Shown here: piece after piece, positions 27,081 to 36,283 of the stretch
Numbering within the stretch: the first letter of the stretch is position 1
Layout: every line of letters starts with the position of its first letter
Source: Gemmobacter sp.
Lineage (GTDB): Bacteria; Pseudomonadota; Alphaproteobacteria; Rhodobacterales; Rhodobacteraceae
Direction of reading: 5' to 3'
Length of the DNA: 48,397 nucleotides
Assembly: GCA_030683915.1 (NCBI GenBank)
Contig: JAUXPG010000229.1
Coordinates: 1-48,397, forward strand
Translations under genes and position numbers: made by a program
The notes under the pieces: model-generated
The model's database searches: none
What the model was told of the DNA's origin: nothing
What the model saw: only the letters and a program-made list of their open reading frames with translations

Positions 27081-28309
27081 TGCAGGCCGGCTTCGGCGGC
27101 GGCGGCACTTATGTCGGCCAAGTCGGCATCGCGTCCGGCGAATCGGGTTCGGGCTTCGTCCAGAATGGCGCGGGCGCGATCGGTGTCGCCCAGCACGCCA
27201 AGCGCGCGGATGGCGCGCGCCCATTCCTGCGCGGTGCCGCCTTCGGAGGCCAGGCGGGCCATCAGCCCATCGACCATGCCGCGCACCATCTGGTCGCGGT
27301 CGGCCGGGGACATGTCGCGCGCGGCTTCGAGGGCGGCGGCATCCGGGCCAGGAAGGGCCGCACGCAAGGCGGGCATCTGATAGCGGTGCTGTCCTGCAAG
27401 CCAGGCCAGGTCGGGCAACTGCACGCGCAGGGCATCGACCCACGGGTCCGAAGGTTCAGAGCCTTCCCAAAGCGGGGCCCAGAAGCGGAAGGCCATGTCG
27501 GGTCTGCCCGTCTGAATGAACATCAGACCAGAAAAATACCGTGCGGTGCCGTTGGTGCGATCCTTGTCCAGTGCGGCGGCAAGCACCGCCTCGGCCTCGG
27601 CGGTGACGATGCCACCGGCGGCGGCGATCATCAGTTCGGCCTGCATCGCCAGATCATCAGCCGTGGCCACCGGGCCTTTCAGCGTGACCACCATGGCTTG
27701 CGCCCGGGCGGCGGCGGCAAGGTTGCCGACCATCGCTTCGTTGCGGGCCAGAAGTTCCTGCCCCTGCAGGTCATTCGGGCGGTCGGCCATCACGCTGCGC
27801 AGCCGGTCGAGCAGTTCGGCATGGCGCGGATCGGCAGGGGCGGGTGCGGGGGGCAGCGCGGCAGCGGCGCGCGCCTCGGCCTCGGCCTGGGTGGGGCGGG
27901 TCGCGCGGGCACGGTCGGCTTCGGCCAGTCGGAAGGCCAATGGCAGGTCGCCCTGACCGGGCGCGCCGCGCAGCGCGTAAACCCCTCCGCCGACCCCAAG
28001 AACCAGGACCGCGATCAATGCCGCCGCCAGCGGACGGCCCGGCCCGCCGTCACCCGCAGCGGGGGCGGCACCTTGGTCGGCATCTGCGGCCAGCACCCGG
28101 CGCCCGATTTCGGTACGCAGCCGCGCGGCGTCGTCTTCGCCGATCACGCCGCGTGCCAGATCGCGCTCCACTTCCTTCAACTGGTCGCGATAGACCCGCA
28201 CATCGTGATCGCCCGCAGCCTCGCGCCCGCGGGCAAGCGCCGCCACCATCAGCCCGGTCACCGCCATCGCCAGCGCCGCAGCCACGCCCCAGAACACCCA
28301 ATCGCCCAT
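27077..28309 (-). CDS. ccmI: Cytochrome c maturation protein CcmI/CycH
   Basis: TM, VYRDQLKEVERDLARG, second TM, TPR region, C-terminal MVRGMVDGL..RL. Confidence 0.92.
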   Translation of the reverse strand: MGDWVFWGVAAALAMAVTGLMVAALARGREAAGDHDVRVYRDQLKEVERDLARGVIGEDDAARLRTEIGRRVLAADADQGAAPAAGDGGPGRPLAAALIAVLVLGVGGGVYALRGAPGQGDLPLAFRLAEADRARATRPTQAEAEARAAAALPPAPAPADPRHAELLDRLRSVMADRPNDLQGQELLARNEAMVGNLAAAARAQAMVVTLKGPVATADDLAMQAELMIAAAGGIVTAEAEAVLAAALDKDRTNGTARYFSGLMFIQTGRPDMAFRFWAPLWEGSEPSDPWVDALRVQLPDLAWLAGQHRYQMPALRAALPGPDAAALEAARDMSPADRDQMVRGMVDGLMARLASEGGTAQEWARAIRALGVLGDTDRARAILDEARTRFAGRDADLADISAAAAEAGLQ

Positions 28310-28493
28310 CGGTTCCCCTTTCCTGACGCTGATGTAGCCTTTCCGGCGCCCCGGCAAAAGCCCTGGTGGCGCGCGCAATGTCGCAGGGGTGGGGTCATGT
28401 CGTTTTTCACCCCCTTTGCGCCGCTTGCGACACGGGATAGAACGCGATCCCGTTCCATCACCGGAATGCACCACGCCCCTGGGGAGTCGCCGC

Positions 28494-29741
28494 ATGAAAC
28501 GTTATTCGGTCTTTGCCATCGCGCGCGCCGCGCTGGACTGGCACCAGGGATGGGACCGCGCCTGGGCCAGCCCCGCGCCGAAAAAGCGGTATGACGCCAT
28601 CATCATCGGGGCCGGTGGCCACGGCCTTGCGACGGCCTATTATCTGGGCAAGAACCACGGCATCACCAACGTCGCGGTGCTGGAGAAGGGTTGGCTGGGT
28701 GGGGGCAACACCGGGCGCAACACCACGATCATCCGGTCGAACTATCTTCAGGACCCGTCGGCGGCGATCTATGAGAAGGCGCGCAGCCTTTACGAGACGA
28801 TGAGCCAGGACCTGAACATGAACGTGATGTTCAGCCCGCGCGGCGTGATGATGCTGGCCCAGACGGAACACGAGGTGCGCGGATATCGCCGCACGGCCCA
28901 CGCCAATGCTCTGCAAGGCGTGGTGACCGAATTCATCGGCCCCGAACGGGTCAAGGAACTGTGCCCGATCATCAACATCAACGGCCCGCGCTATCCGGTG
29001 CTGGGCGCGCTGTGGCAGGCGCGCGGTGGAACCGGGCGGCATGACGCTGTGGCCTGGGGCTATGCCCGCGCGTGCAGCGCGATGGGCATGGACATCATCC
29101 AGAACTGCGAGGTGACCGGCGTCACCAGTGCGGGTGGCAAGGTGACCGGCGTCACCACCACGCGCGGCGACATCGGATGCGACAAGCTGGGCATCGTGGT
29201 GGCGGGCCATTCGGGGCAGGTGGCCGACATGGCGGGGTTCCGTTTGCCGGTCGAATCGCTGTGTCTTCAGGCACTTGTGTCGGAACCGATCAAGCCTTGC
29301 ATGGATGTCGTGGTCATGGCCAACACCGTGCATGGCTACATGTCGCAATCCGACAAGGGCGAGATGGTCATCGGCGGCGGCACCGACGGGTTCAACAACT
29401 TCACCCAGCGCGGCAGTTTCCACCACATCGAGGAAACGCTGCGCGCGCTGGTCGAAACCTTCCCCATGATCTCGCGCCTCAAGATGTTGCGCCAGTGGGG
29501 CGGGATCGTGGACATGACCGGCGACCGTTCGCCCATCATCTCGAAAACCCCGCTTGGGGGCTGCTTCATCAATTGCGGGTGGGGCACCGGCGGGTTCAAG
29601 GCGATCCCCGGTTCGGGCTGGGCGATGGCCGAGCTGATGGCCAAGGGCGAACCCGGTCCGCTGGCGGCAGAATTCAGCATGTACCGCTTCCGCGAGGGGA
29701 AATTCATCGACGAATCCGTCGCGGCTGGGGTGGCGCATTGA
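28494..29741 (+). CDS. soxB: Sarcosine oxidase subunit beta
   Basis: GAGGHGLATAYYL, GGGNTGRNTTIIRSNY, GWGTGGFKA, C-terminal AAGVAH. Confidence 0.96.
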   Translation: MKRYSVFAIARAALDWHQGWDRAWASPAPKKRYDAIIIGAGGHGLATAYYLGKNHGITNVAVLEKGWLGGGNTGRNTTIIRSNYLQDPSAAIYEKARSLYETMSQDLNMNVMFSPRGVMMLAQTEHEVRGYRRTAHANALQGVVTEFIGPERVKELCPIININGPRYPVLGALWQARGGTGRHDAVAWGYARACSAMGMDIIQNCEVTGVTSAGGKVTGVTTTRGDIGCDKLGIVVAGHSGQVADMAGFRLPVESLCLQALVSEPIKPCMDVVVMANTVHGYMSQSDKGEMVIGGGTDGFNNFTQRGSFHHIEETLRALVETFPMISRLKMLRQWGGIVDMTGDRSPIISKTPLGGCFINCGWGTGGFKAIPGSGWAMAELMAKGEPGPLAAEFSMYRFREGKFIDESVAAGVAH

Positions 29742-29811
29742 ACCGGGCAGGGAACCCATTGGCGATCCGGCGCGTTGAATGGACTGGAATCCAGTCACAG
29801 GAGACACCGTC

Positions 29812-30240
29812 ATGGCCGAATCCTACCCACCGCCGCCGCCGCGGCATCAGCCCGGAACGCCGGGCAGTCCGGGCGTTCCGGGGCCCAATTCCAACATCCG
29901 CGTCGACAATCCGCCTGCGCGCGAATCCGGCAGCGGCTTTGGCACTGGCATGCTGGTGGCAGCCGTGTTCGTCGTCGTCGGCTTGCTTGCCTATTTCATC
30001 CTGGGGAACCGCGACACCAGCGCCCCAGCCGTCAACAGCCCGGCGGTCAACAGCCCCGCAGTCATCATCGACTCGACTCCGGCGCCCGGCGCCCCGGCGC
30101 AGCCCCCGGCGGCTGTCACCCCCGAACCTGCGCCTGCACCTGCGGCCCCTGCTCCGGGAACCACTGTGCCGGCAACCCCTGCTCCGGAAACCCCGGCGCC
30201 CGCAGCCCCTGCACCCGGCGTGCCTAGCACCACGCCCTGA
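29812..30240 (+). CDS. Pro/Ala-rich single-pass membrane protein, hypothetical
   Basis: AGGAG RBS, one TM helix (MLVAAVFVVVGLLAYFIL), low-complexity PAP tail. Confidence 0.65.
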   Translation: MAESYPPPPPRHQPGTPGSPGVPGPNSNIRVDNPPARESGSGFGTGMLVAAVFVVVGLLAYFILGNRDTSAPAVNSPAVNSPAVIIDSTPAPGAPAQPPAAVTPEPAPAPAAPAPGTTVPATPAPETPAPAAPAPGVPSTTP

Positions 30241-30318
30241 CGCATTCTGCCCACGTTTTATCCCTGCCGCAGGCGGGCACCGTAAGGTGCCCGCCTTTGG
30301 CATGTCCGGAGACCCCGC

Positions 30319-30642
30319 ATGCTGATCCTTGAATGCCCCTGTTGCGGCGTAAAGGCCGACGAGACCGAACTGACAGCAGGAGGAGAAGCGCATCTGAAGC
30401 GCTTTGGCCCCGGCTCGGCGGATGCGGACTTCGAATCCTACATGTTCGCGCGGAAGAACCCCAAGGGCGTGCATTTTGAACGCTGGCGCCACAGTTACGG
30501 CTGCGGCAAGTGGTTTCTGGCCGCCCGCTGCACCGCGACGCTGGAGGTGTTTGGCACCTATCCGGCGCAAACAACCGAACCGCCCGCCGATCTGATCGCG
30601 CATATCAAGGCCCGTCGTCCGGGCTGGGAAGGTGACAAATGA
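30319..30642 (+). CDS. soxD: Sarcosine oxidase subunit delta
   Basis: MLILECPCCG, NPKGVHFERWRHSYGC Zn ligands. Confidence 0.95.
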   Translation: MLILECPCCGVKADETELTAGGEAHLKRFGPGSADADFESYMFARKNPKGVHFERWRHSYGCGKWFLAARCTATLEVFGTYPAQTTEPPADLIAHIKARRPGWEGDK

Positions 30643-33620
30643 GCACCCGTCTGGCCCGTGGTGGCCGCCTGATCGACCGATCGGCGGCGCAAGCCTTTAC
30701 CTTCAACGGCAAGCACCTGCGCGGGTTCGCCGGGGATACGCTGGCCTCGGCGCTGCTGGCCAATGGCCAGATGCTGATGGGGCGCAGCTTCAAGTATCAT
30801 CGCCCGCGCGGGGTCGTGGGGTCGGGCGCCGAGGAACCCAATGCACTGGTCACCCTTGGCAAAGGAACGCGGATGGAACCCAACCAGCGCGCCACAACGA
30901 CCGAGGTGTTCGATGGTCTGGCGGCGGCCAGCCAGAACCATTGGCCCAGCCTCGAGTTCGATGTGGGGGTGGTGAACAATGCGGTGTCGCGGTTCCTGCC
31001 GGCCGGGTTCTATTACAAGACCTTCATGTGGCCGCGCAGCTTTTGGAAGCACGTGTTCGAGCCGGTGATCCGCCAGTCGGCGGGCCTTGGCCCGGCGCCG
31101 AAGGACCGTGATGCAGACCGCTATGAACAGCTTTACGCCTTTTGCGACGTGCTGGTGGCCGGGGGCGGCGTCGCCGGGCTGACGGCGGCGCTGGCGGCGG
31201 CACGGGCAGGGCAGCGGGTGATCGTGCTGGAACAGGCGGCCCATTGGGGCGGCCGGGCGCCGGTTGACGGCGGCACCATCGACGGCAAGTCGCCCGGCCA
31301 TTGGGTGAACGACGCGTTGCATGTGCTTGAAGGCATGGAGAATGTCACGCTGCGCGCCCGCTGCATGGTATCGGGCGTCTATGACCACGGGTATGCGTTG
31401 GCCGAAGAACGTGTGGCCGACCATACGCCCGGCGACGGACGGCCCAAAAAGCGGCTCTGGCGTATCCGGGCCAAGCGCATCATCGCGGCGACCGGCGCCA
31501 TCGAACGGCCCATCGCCTTTGCAGGCAACGATATTCCGGGTGTGATGCTGGCAGGCGCGGTCCGCGACTATCTGGTCAACTGGGCCGTCAGCCCCGGCGA
31601 CCGCACCGTGCTGGTCACCAACAACGATGACGCCTATCGCACCGCACTGGCGCTCAAGGCCGCCGGGCTTTCAGTGCCTGCCATTCTTGATGCCCGCGAC
31701 CGTGCCGATGGCCCCTTGCCGCAGGCGGCGCGGGCGGCGGGCATCCGGGTGCTGGCCGGGCATGGCGTTGCGGCGGTCAAGGGTCGCAGGCGCGTGACAG
31801 GCGTGCAGGTGTGCCTGCAAGCGGGCGAAGGGGCGGTTGTCGAGGACATCGCCTGCGATGCGGTCGCTATGTCGGGCGGCTGGTCTCCGGTCGTGCATCT
31901 GTGGTCGCACTGCGGCGGCAAACTGGTGTGGGACGAGGACGCGGCGATGTTCCGCCCCGACCCGACCCGCCCGCCGACCGGCGCTGATGGTCTTGCGTTC
32001 GTCGCGACAGCGGGTGCGGCCTCGGGCGCGTTGACATTGGCCGAGTGTGTGGACGATGCCCATACCGCCGCAGGCGGGCAGGGTGCGGCCCCGCAGGGCG
32101 CCGCCGAGGACGAGATGCCGCTTGCCCCGGTCTGGATCATGCCGCAGGGCGCGGATGTGGCCAAGCGTGCCAAGATGTGGCTGGATTACCAAAACGACGT
32201 GAAGGTGTCCGACGTTCAGCTGGCCGCACGCGAAGGGTATACCTCGGTGGAGCACACCAAGCGTTATACCACGCTGGGCATGGCTACGGATCAGGGCAAG
32301 CTGAGCAACATCAACGGTCTGGCCGTGCTGGCCGACAGTCTGAATACCGCGATTCCGCTAGTGGGCACCACCACCTTCCGCCCGCCCTATACGCCCGTCA
32401 CCATTGGTGCGCTGGCAGGCGAGGCGCGGGGCGAGATTTTCCAGCCGTTGCGCCGCACACCTCTTCACGAGTGGCATGAAACCCACGCCGCCCATTGGGA
32501 ACCCGTGGGCCTGTGGCGGCGCCCCTACGCCTATCCGCGTGCGGGTGAATCCGTGCATCAGGCGGTGGAGCGCGAGGTCTTGAACGTGCGCCACAATGTC
32601 GGGCTGCTCGATGCCTCGACCCTTGGCAAGATCGTGGTCAAGGGGCCGGATGCGGGCCGTTTCCTCGACATGCTTTACACCAACGTCATGTCCACGCTGC
32701 CGGTGGGCAAATGCCGCTATGGGCTGATGTGCAACGAACAGGGCTTCCTGTCGGATGATGGGGTGGTTGCGCGGCTGTCCGAGGATACGTGGCTTTGCCA
32801 CACCACCAGCGGCGGCGCAGACCGTATCCACGGCTGGATGGAAGATTGGCTGCAATGCGAATGGTGGGATTGGGAGGTGTTCACCGCCAATGTCACCGAA
32901 CAGTTCGGCCAGATCGCCGTGGTGGGCCCGAATGCCCGCAAGCTTCTGGAAGCGGTCGGCGGCATGGATGTCTCACGCGAGGGGCTGCCGTTCATGGAGT
33001 GGCGCGACGGCACCTTGGGCGGATTCCGCGCACGGGTGTTCCGCATCAGTTTCTCGGGCGAATTGAGCTACGAGATCGCCGTTCCGGCAGGCGAGGCGCG
33101 CGGTCTTTGGGATGCGCTGGTCGCCGCAGGCGCTGCGTTGGGTGCCATGCCCTATGGCACCGAAGCCCTGCACGTCCTGCGTGCCGAAAAGGGCTTTATC
33201 ATGATCGGCGACGAAACCGATGGCACGGTGACGCCCCTGGACCTGAACCTTGGCTGGGCGATCAGCAAGAAAAAGGCCGATTTCCTTGGCAAGCGTGGAA
33301 TGGAACGCAGCCATCTGGCCGACCCGGACCGGTGGAAACTGGTCGGGCTGGAAAGTCTGGACGGTTCGGTGATTCCCGACGGTGCCTATGCCGTGGCTCC
33401 GGGCGTGAACGCGAACGGGCAGCGCAACACCGAAGGCCGGGTGACCTCGACCTACTATTCCCCCACGCTCAAACGCGGCATTGCCATGGGGCTGGTGCGG
33501 CGCGGGCCCGAGCGGATGGGCGAAATCGTAACATTCCCGAAACTGGGCGGGGGCGAGGTCAAGGCGCGCATCGTCGATCCGGTGGTCTATGACAAGGAAG
33601 GGGCAAAGCAGAATGTCTGA
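30639..33620 (+). CDS. soxA: Sarcosine oxidase subunit alpha
   Basis: GDTLASALLANG, RSFKYHRPRG, EHTKRYTTLGMATDQGK, GcvT domain. Confidence 0.97.
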   Translation: MSTRLARGGRLIDRSAAQAFTFNGKHLRGFAGDTLASALLANGQMLMGRSFKYHRPRGVVGSGAEEPNALVTLGKGTRMEPNQRATTTEVFDGLAAASQNHWPSLEFDVGVVNNAVSRFLPAGFYYKTFMWPRSFWKHVFEPVIRQSAGLGPAPKDRDADRYEQLYAFCDVLVAGGGVAGLTAALAAARAGQRVIVLEQAAHWGGRAPVDGGTIDGKSPGHWVNDALHVLEGMENVTLRARCMVSGVYDHGYALAEERVADHTPGDGRPKKRLWRIRAKRIIAATGAIERPIAFAGNDIPGVMLAGAVRDYLVNWAVSPGDRTVLVTNNDDAYRTALALKAAGLSVPAILDARDRADGPLPQAARAAGIRVLAGHGVAAVKGRRRVTGVQVCLQAGEGAVVEDIACDAVAMSGGWSPVVHLWSHCGGKLVWDEDAAMFRPDPTRPPTGADGLAFVATAGAASGALTLAECVDDAHTAAGGQGAAPQGAAEDEMPLAPVWIMPQGADVAKRAKMWLDYQNDVKVSDVQLAAREGYTSVEHTKRYTTLGMATDQGKLSNINGLAVLADSLNTAIPLVGTTTFRPPYTPVTIGALAGEARGEIFQPLRRTPLHEWHETHAAHWEPVGLWRRPYAYPRAGESVHQAVEREVLNVRHNVGLLDASTLGKIVVKGPDAGRFLDMLYTNVMSTLPVGKCRYGLMCNEQGFLSDDGVVARLSEDTWLCHTTSGGADRIHGWMEDWLQCEWWDWEVFTANVTEQFGQIAVVGPNARKLLEAVGGMDVSREGLPFMEWRDGTLGGFRARVFRISFSGELSYEIAVPAGEARGLWDALVAAGAALGAMPYGTEALHVLRAEKGFIMIGDETDGTVTPLDLNLGWAISKKKADFLGKRGMERSHLADPDRWKLVGLESLDGSVIPDGAYAVAPGVNANGQRNTEGRVTSTYYSPTLKRGIAMGLVRRGPERMGEIVTFPKLGGGEVKARIVDPVVYDKEGAKQNV

Positions 33621-34173
33621 GGCAGTCTCGGCCCTTGGGGGCGTGTCGTACGACGGCTATGTGCGGGTGGCCGAGGTCGGGCCGCAGGGGATGATCGTTC
33701 TGCGGTCGAAAGGTGAAGGTTTGGCGGCGGCCTTGGGCCGTCTTGGCCTGCCGGTTCCGGGCCAGCGGCGGATCGAGTCCGTTGGCGACAAGGCCGTGGC
33801 GTGGATGAGCCCGGATGAATACCTGATCTGGCTACCCTATGCCGGGGTGGGGCAAGCAATCGACACGCTGGGCGCCGCGCTGGCCGGGCAGCACCATCTG
33901 GTCGCGGATGTCTCGGACGCGCGGGCGGTGTTCAACGTTTCGGGCACGGGCGCGCGCGAAGTGCTGGCGAAATGCTGCCCGGTTGATTTTGCGCCCGGCG
34001 TGTTCGAACCCGGCGAGGTGCGCCGCACCCGCGCGGCGCAGGTTGCGGCAGCGGTCTGGATGTCGGGCGACGAGGCCTTCACGCTGGTCTGCTTCCGGTC
34101 GGTCGCGCGCTACGTGTTCGACCTGTTGTCCACGCTGGCAAAGCCGGGCGCCGAGGCGGACCTTTTTCGCTGA
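33613..34173 (+). CDS. soxG: Sarcosine oxidase subunit gamma
   Basis: WMSPDE, DVSDAR, CFRSVARY. Overlaps the soxA stop. Confidence 0.93.
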   Translation: MSEAVSALGGVSYDGYVRVAEVGPQGMIVLRSKGEGLAAALGRLGLPVPGQRRIESVGDKAVAWMSPDEYLIWLPYAGVGQAIDTLGAALAGQHHLVADVSDARAVFNVSGTGAREVLAKCCPVDFAPGVFEPGEVRRTRAAQVAAAVWMSGDEAFTLVCFRSVARYVFDLLSTLAKPGAEADLFR

Positions 34174-34217
34174 AGGGCAAGTGCGGTTGCCCCGTCACCG
34201 GGGCGGCCGCGCACAGT

Positions 34218-34688
34218 TCAGACTATGCGGGGCTTTCCCACGGCGGCCAGCCACAAGCCGGCCAGCCCGAGGCTGAGCAGCATGTTCCAGCCCGCCATCG
34301 AAATGCCAAGCAGGCTCCAGGCGACCGCGTCGCAGCGCACGGGGGCAGGGACATTTGCGGTGGGGTCCAGCAGGGCCTGCGTGGAAATTCCCGCAAGCCC
34401 CGGCCCGGTGCAGGTATCAAGGCCCTGCCACCAGCCCAGTTCCACCCCGGCGTGAAACCCACCGATGCCTGCCGTGGTCAGCGCGGCCACCGCGCCCAGC
34501 GCCGGCCAGACCCGCCCCGGCAAGGCCAGCGCCACCGCGCCCAGCACCACCGCAGCCAGATGCGGCCAGCGTTGCCATATACACAGCACGCAAGGATGCA
34601 GCCCGCCAAGATACTGAAACGCCAGCGCGCCCAGCAAAAGCGCGGCAGACCCGCCTGCCGCAGCAAGGATCAGATGAGTGCGTGTCAA
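34218..34688 (-). CDS. dsbB: Disulfide bond formation protein DsbB family
   Basis: PCVLCIWQR, second Cys pair (DTC...VRCD), four TM helices. Confidence 0.88.
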   Translation of the reverse strand: MTRTHLILAAAGGSAALLLGALAFQYLGGLHPCVLCIWQRWPHLAAVVLGAVALALPGRVWPALGAVAALTTAGIGGFHAGVELGWWQGLDTCTGPGLAGISTQALLDPTANVPAPVRCDAVAWSLLGISMAGWNMLLSLGLAGLWLAAVGKPRIV

Positions 34689-35263
34689 AATGCCCTCAGG
34701 ATCAGGAAACCGCCGAGCAGCATCACCACGAACAGCGTGAACATCAACCCCAGCCGACGTTCGATCAGATCACGCATCGGTGCGCCAAAGCGCCATAGCA
34801 TCGCTGCCACCACAAAGAACCGCAGTCCGCGCGCAAGGATCGAGGTCATCACGAAGGTATCCAGCGGCATCGCCGTGAAACCCGACATGATGGTGATGAC
34901 CTTGTAGGGAAAGGGCGTGACACCGGCCACCAGTACCGACCAGAAGCCGAAGTCGTTGAACCGCGTGGCGAATTCCTGCATCGCGCCGGCCTTGCCAAGG
35001 GACTCCAGGATCGGTCGCCCGACCTGTTCGAATGCCAGCGCTCCGATGCCATACCCGAGCATCCCCCCCAGCACCGACGACACCGTGCAGATCCCCGCGA
35101 TCAGAAAGGCGCGGTGGCGCGCGGCAAGGATCATCGGGATCATCAGGATATCAGGCGGAATCGGAAACACCGAGCTTTCGACAAAGGCAACCGCCGCCAG
35201 CACCCACAAGGCGTGCCGATGGCCAGCCATCGAAAGCGTCCAGTCATAAAGGCGGCGCAGCAT
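34685..35263 (-). CDS. YqaA/DedA (SNARE-associated) membrane protein
   Basis: AFVESSVFPIPPD, TPFPYKV, ARGLRFF. Confidence 0.9.
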   Translation of the reverse strand: MLRRLYDWTLSMAGHRHALWVLAAVAFVESSVFPIPPDILMIPMILAARHRAFLIAGICTVSSVLGGMLGYGIGALAFEQVGRPILESLGKAGAMQEFATRFNDFGFWSVLVAGVTPFPYKVITIMSGFTAMPLDTFVMTSILARGLRFFVVAAMLWRFGAPMRDLIERRLGLMFTLFVVMLLGGFLILRAF

Positions 35264-35467
35264 GGCGATATCCTGTGTGACCCGTCTCGCCCTTGCCTGA
35301 TGGCGGGGCCAAGGTCAAGCCGCTGGCTAGTTCGGGCGCCGCAGCCAAAAACCCCGGTTGGGCGGGGCTTTGGGGGCTTGAACAGCCCGGCGGCACCCAT
35401 GTATAGAAAGAGCGCGCTTCCGGGCTGGCCGAACCTGCCAGCCGCTACCATGGGGCGTGACCGGCGT

Positions 35468-35551
35468 GCGGGCGTGGCGGAATGGTAGACGCGACAGACT
35501 CAAACTCTGTTTCTGCAAGGAGTGTCGGTTCGAGTCCGACCGCCCGCACCA
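35468..35551 (+). tRNA. tRNA-Leu (CAA)
   Basis: Acceptor GCGGGCG/CGCCCGC-ACCA, anticodon arm ACAGA-CTCAAAC-TCTGT, long variable arm, GGTTCGAG. Confidence 0.96.
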
Positions 35552-36283
35552 CCGAGGCCCTTCGCCCGAACCGGGCCGCGCGCCAGCTGTTTCCCGATTT
35601 TCATCTGCCACAATTCGGCCTGATTCGCCCGACGCCGACCAGCGACCGCGCTGTTCGCGCAACAAAGGCGTGACTTTGCCTAGATTTTGAAGTTTCCGGA
35701 AACCCGTCGGACCCAATTGTGGCGAAACGATGCGGAATTGGTAAATTTCCCCCCTGCGCCATTCGCCCCCGCCACTGTTTCCGAAATGCTGCGGCCGGTG
35801 GGTTGATGTGACCATCCGAGCGCGGGAATCCTTGGATTATTGGCATTTGCGGCGGGAGGTGGCCAAATCCTCCTTTCCAAAATGGAAACGCTGCTCTGCC
35901 CAAGGTGGTAAACCAGCGGGCGCATTAAGGGCAATCCTGCCCCGAGGTTGCCGCAGTCTCGCCGCTTTTCGCTTCCCCTGCGCCTGCAGCACGAGTAAAA
36001 ATTGAGGCAAGCCTTGCTGGGGCGAAAGTGTGGGCCGTGGGGGCGGCCGTAGTGGTGAATCGGGCATGGTCTGCGCCCGGCTGGAGTTGCGCTGTCATCA
36101 TCGACAGGCAGCAGTGGCTTTGCCTTGCTGTCCCGCGATCCCCCGTCACCCTGCGTCTGCCCGAAATGGTGCCGCTTCCGTCGCCGGAAACGAGCGCCTG
36201 CGCCGCTTCCCGTCCGGGGGCGGCTGGGGAAAACGAACGGTTCCCGGCCTTTGTGCCGGACTCGGGGAACAAAGGGTTAAGCG

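Noticed and set aside
27077-28309. ccmI separated from other ccm genes
   Set aside because: A stand-alone ccmI/cycH is the normal arrangement in Rhodobacter-type genomes.
36006-36037. GGCAAGCC...CGAAAG...GGGCCG resembling a c-di-GMP-I riboswitch upstream of the adhesin
   Set aside because: The arms around the GAAA loop do not pair and the GCAAAGC/P3 element is missing. A cmscan hit would be needed to revive it.
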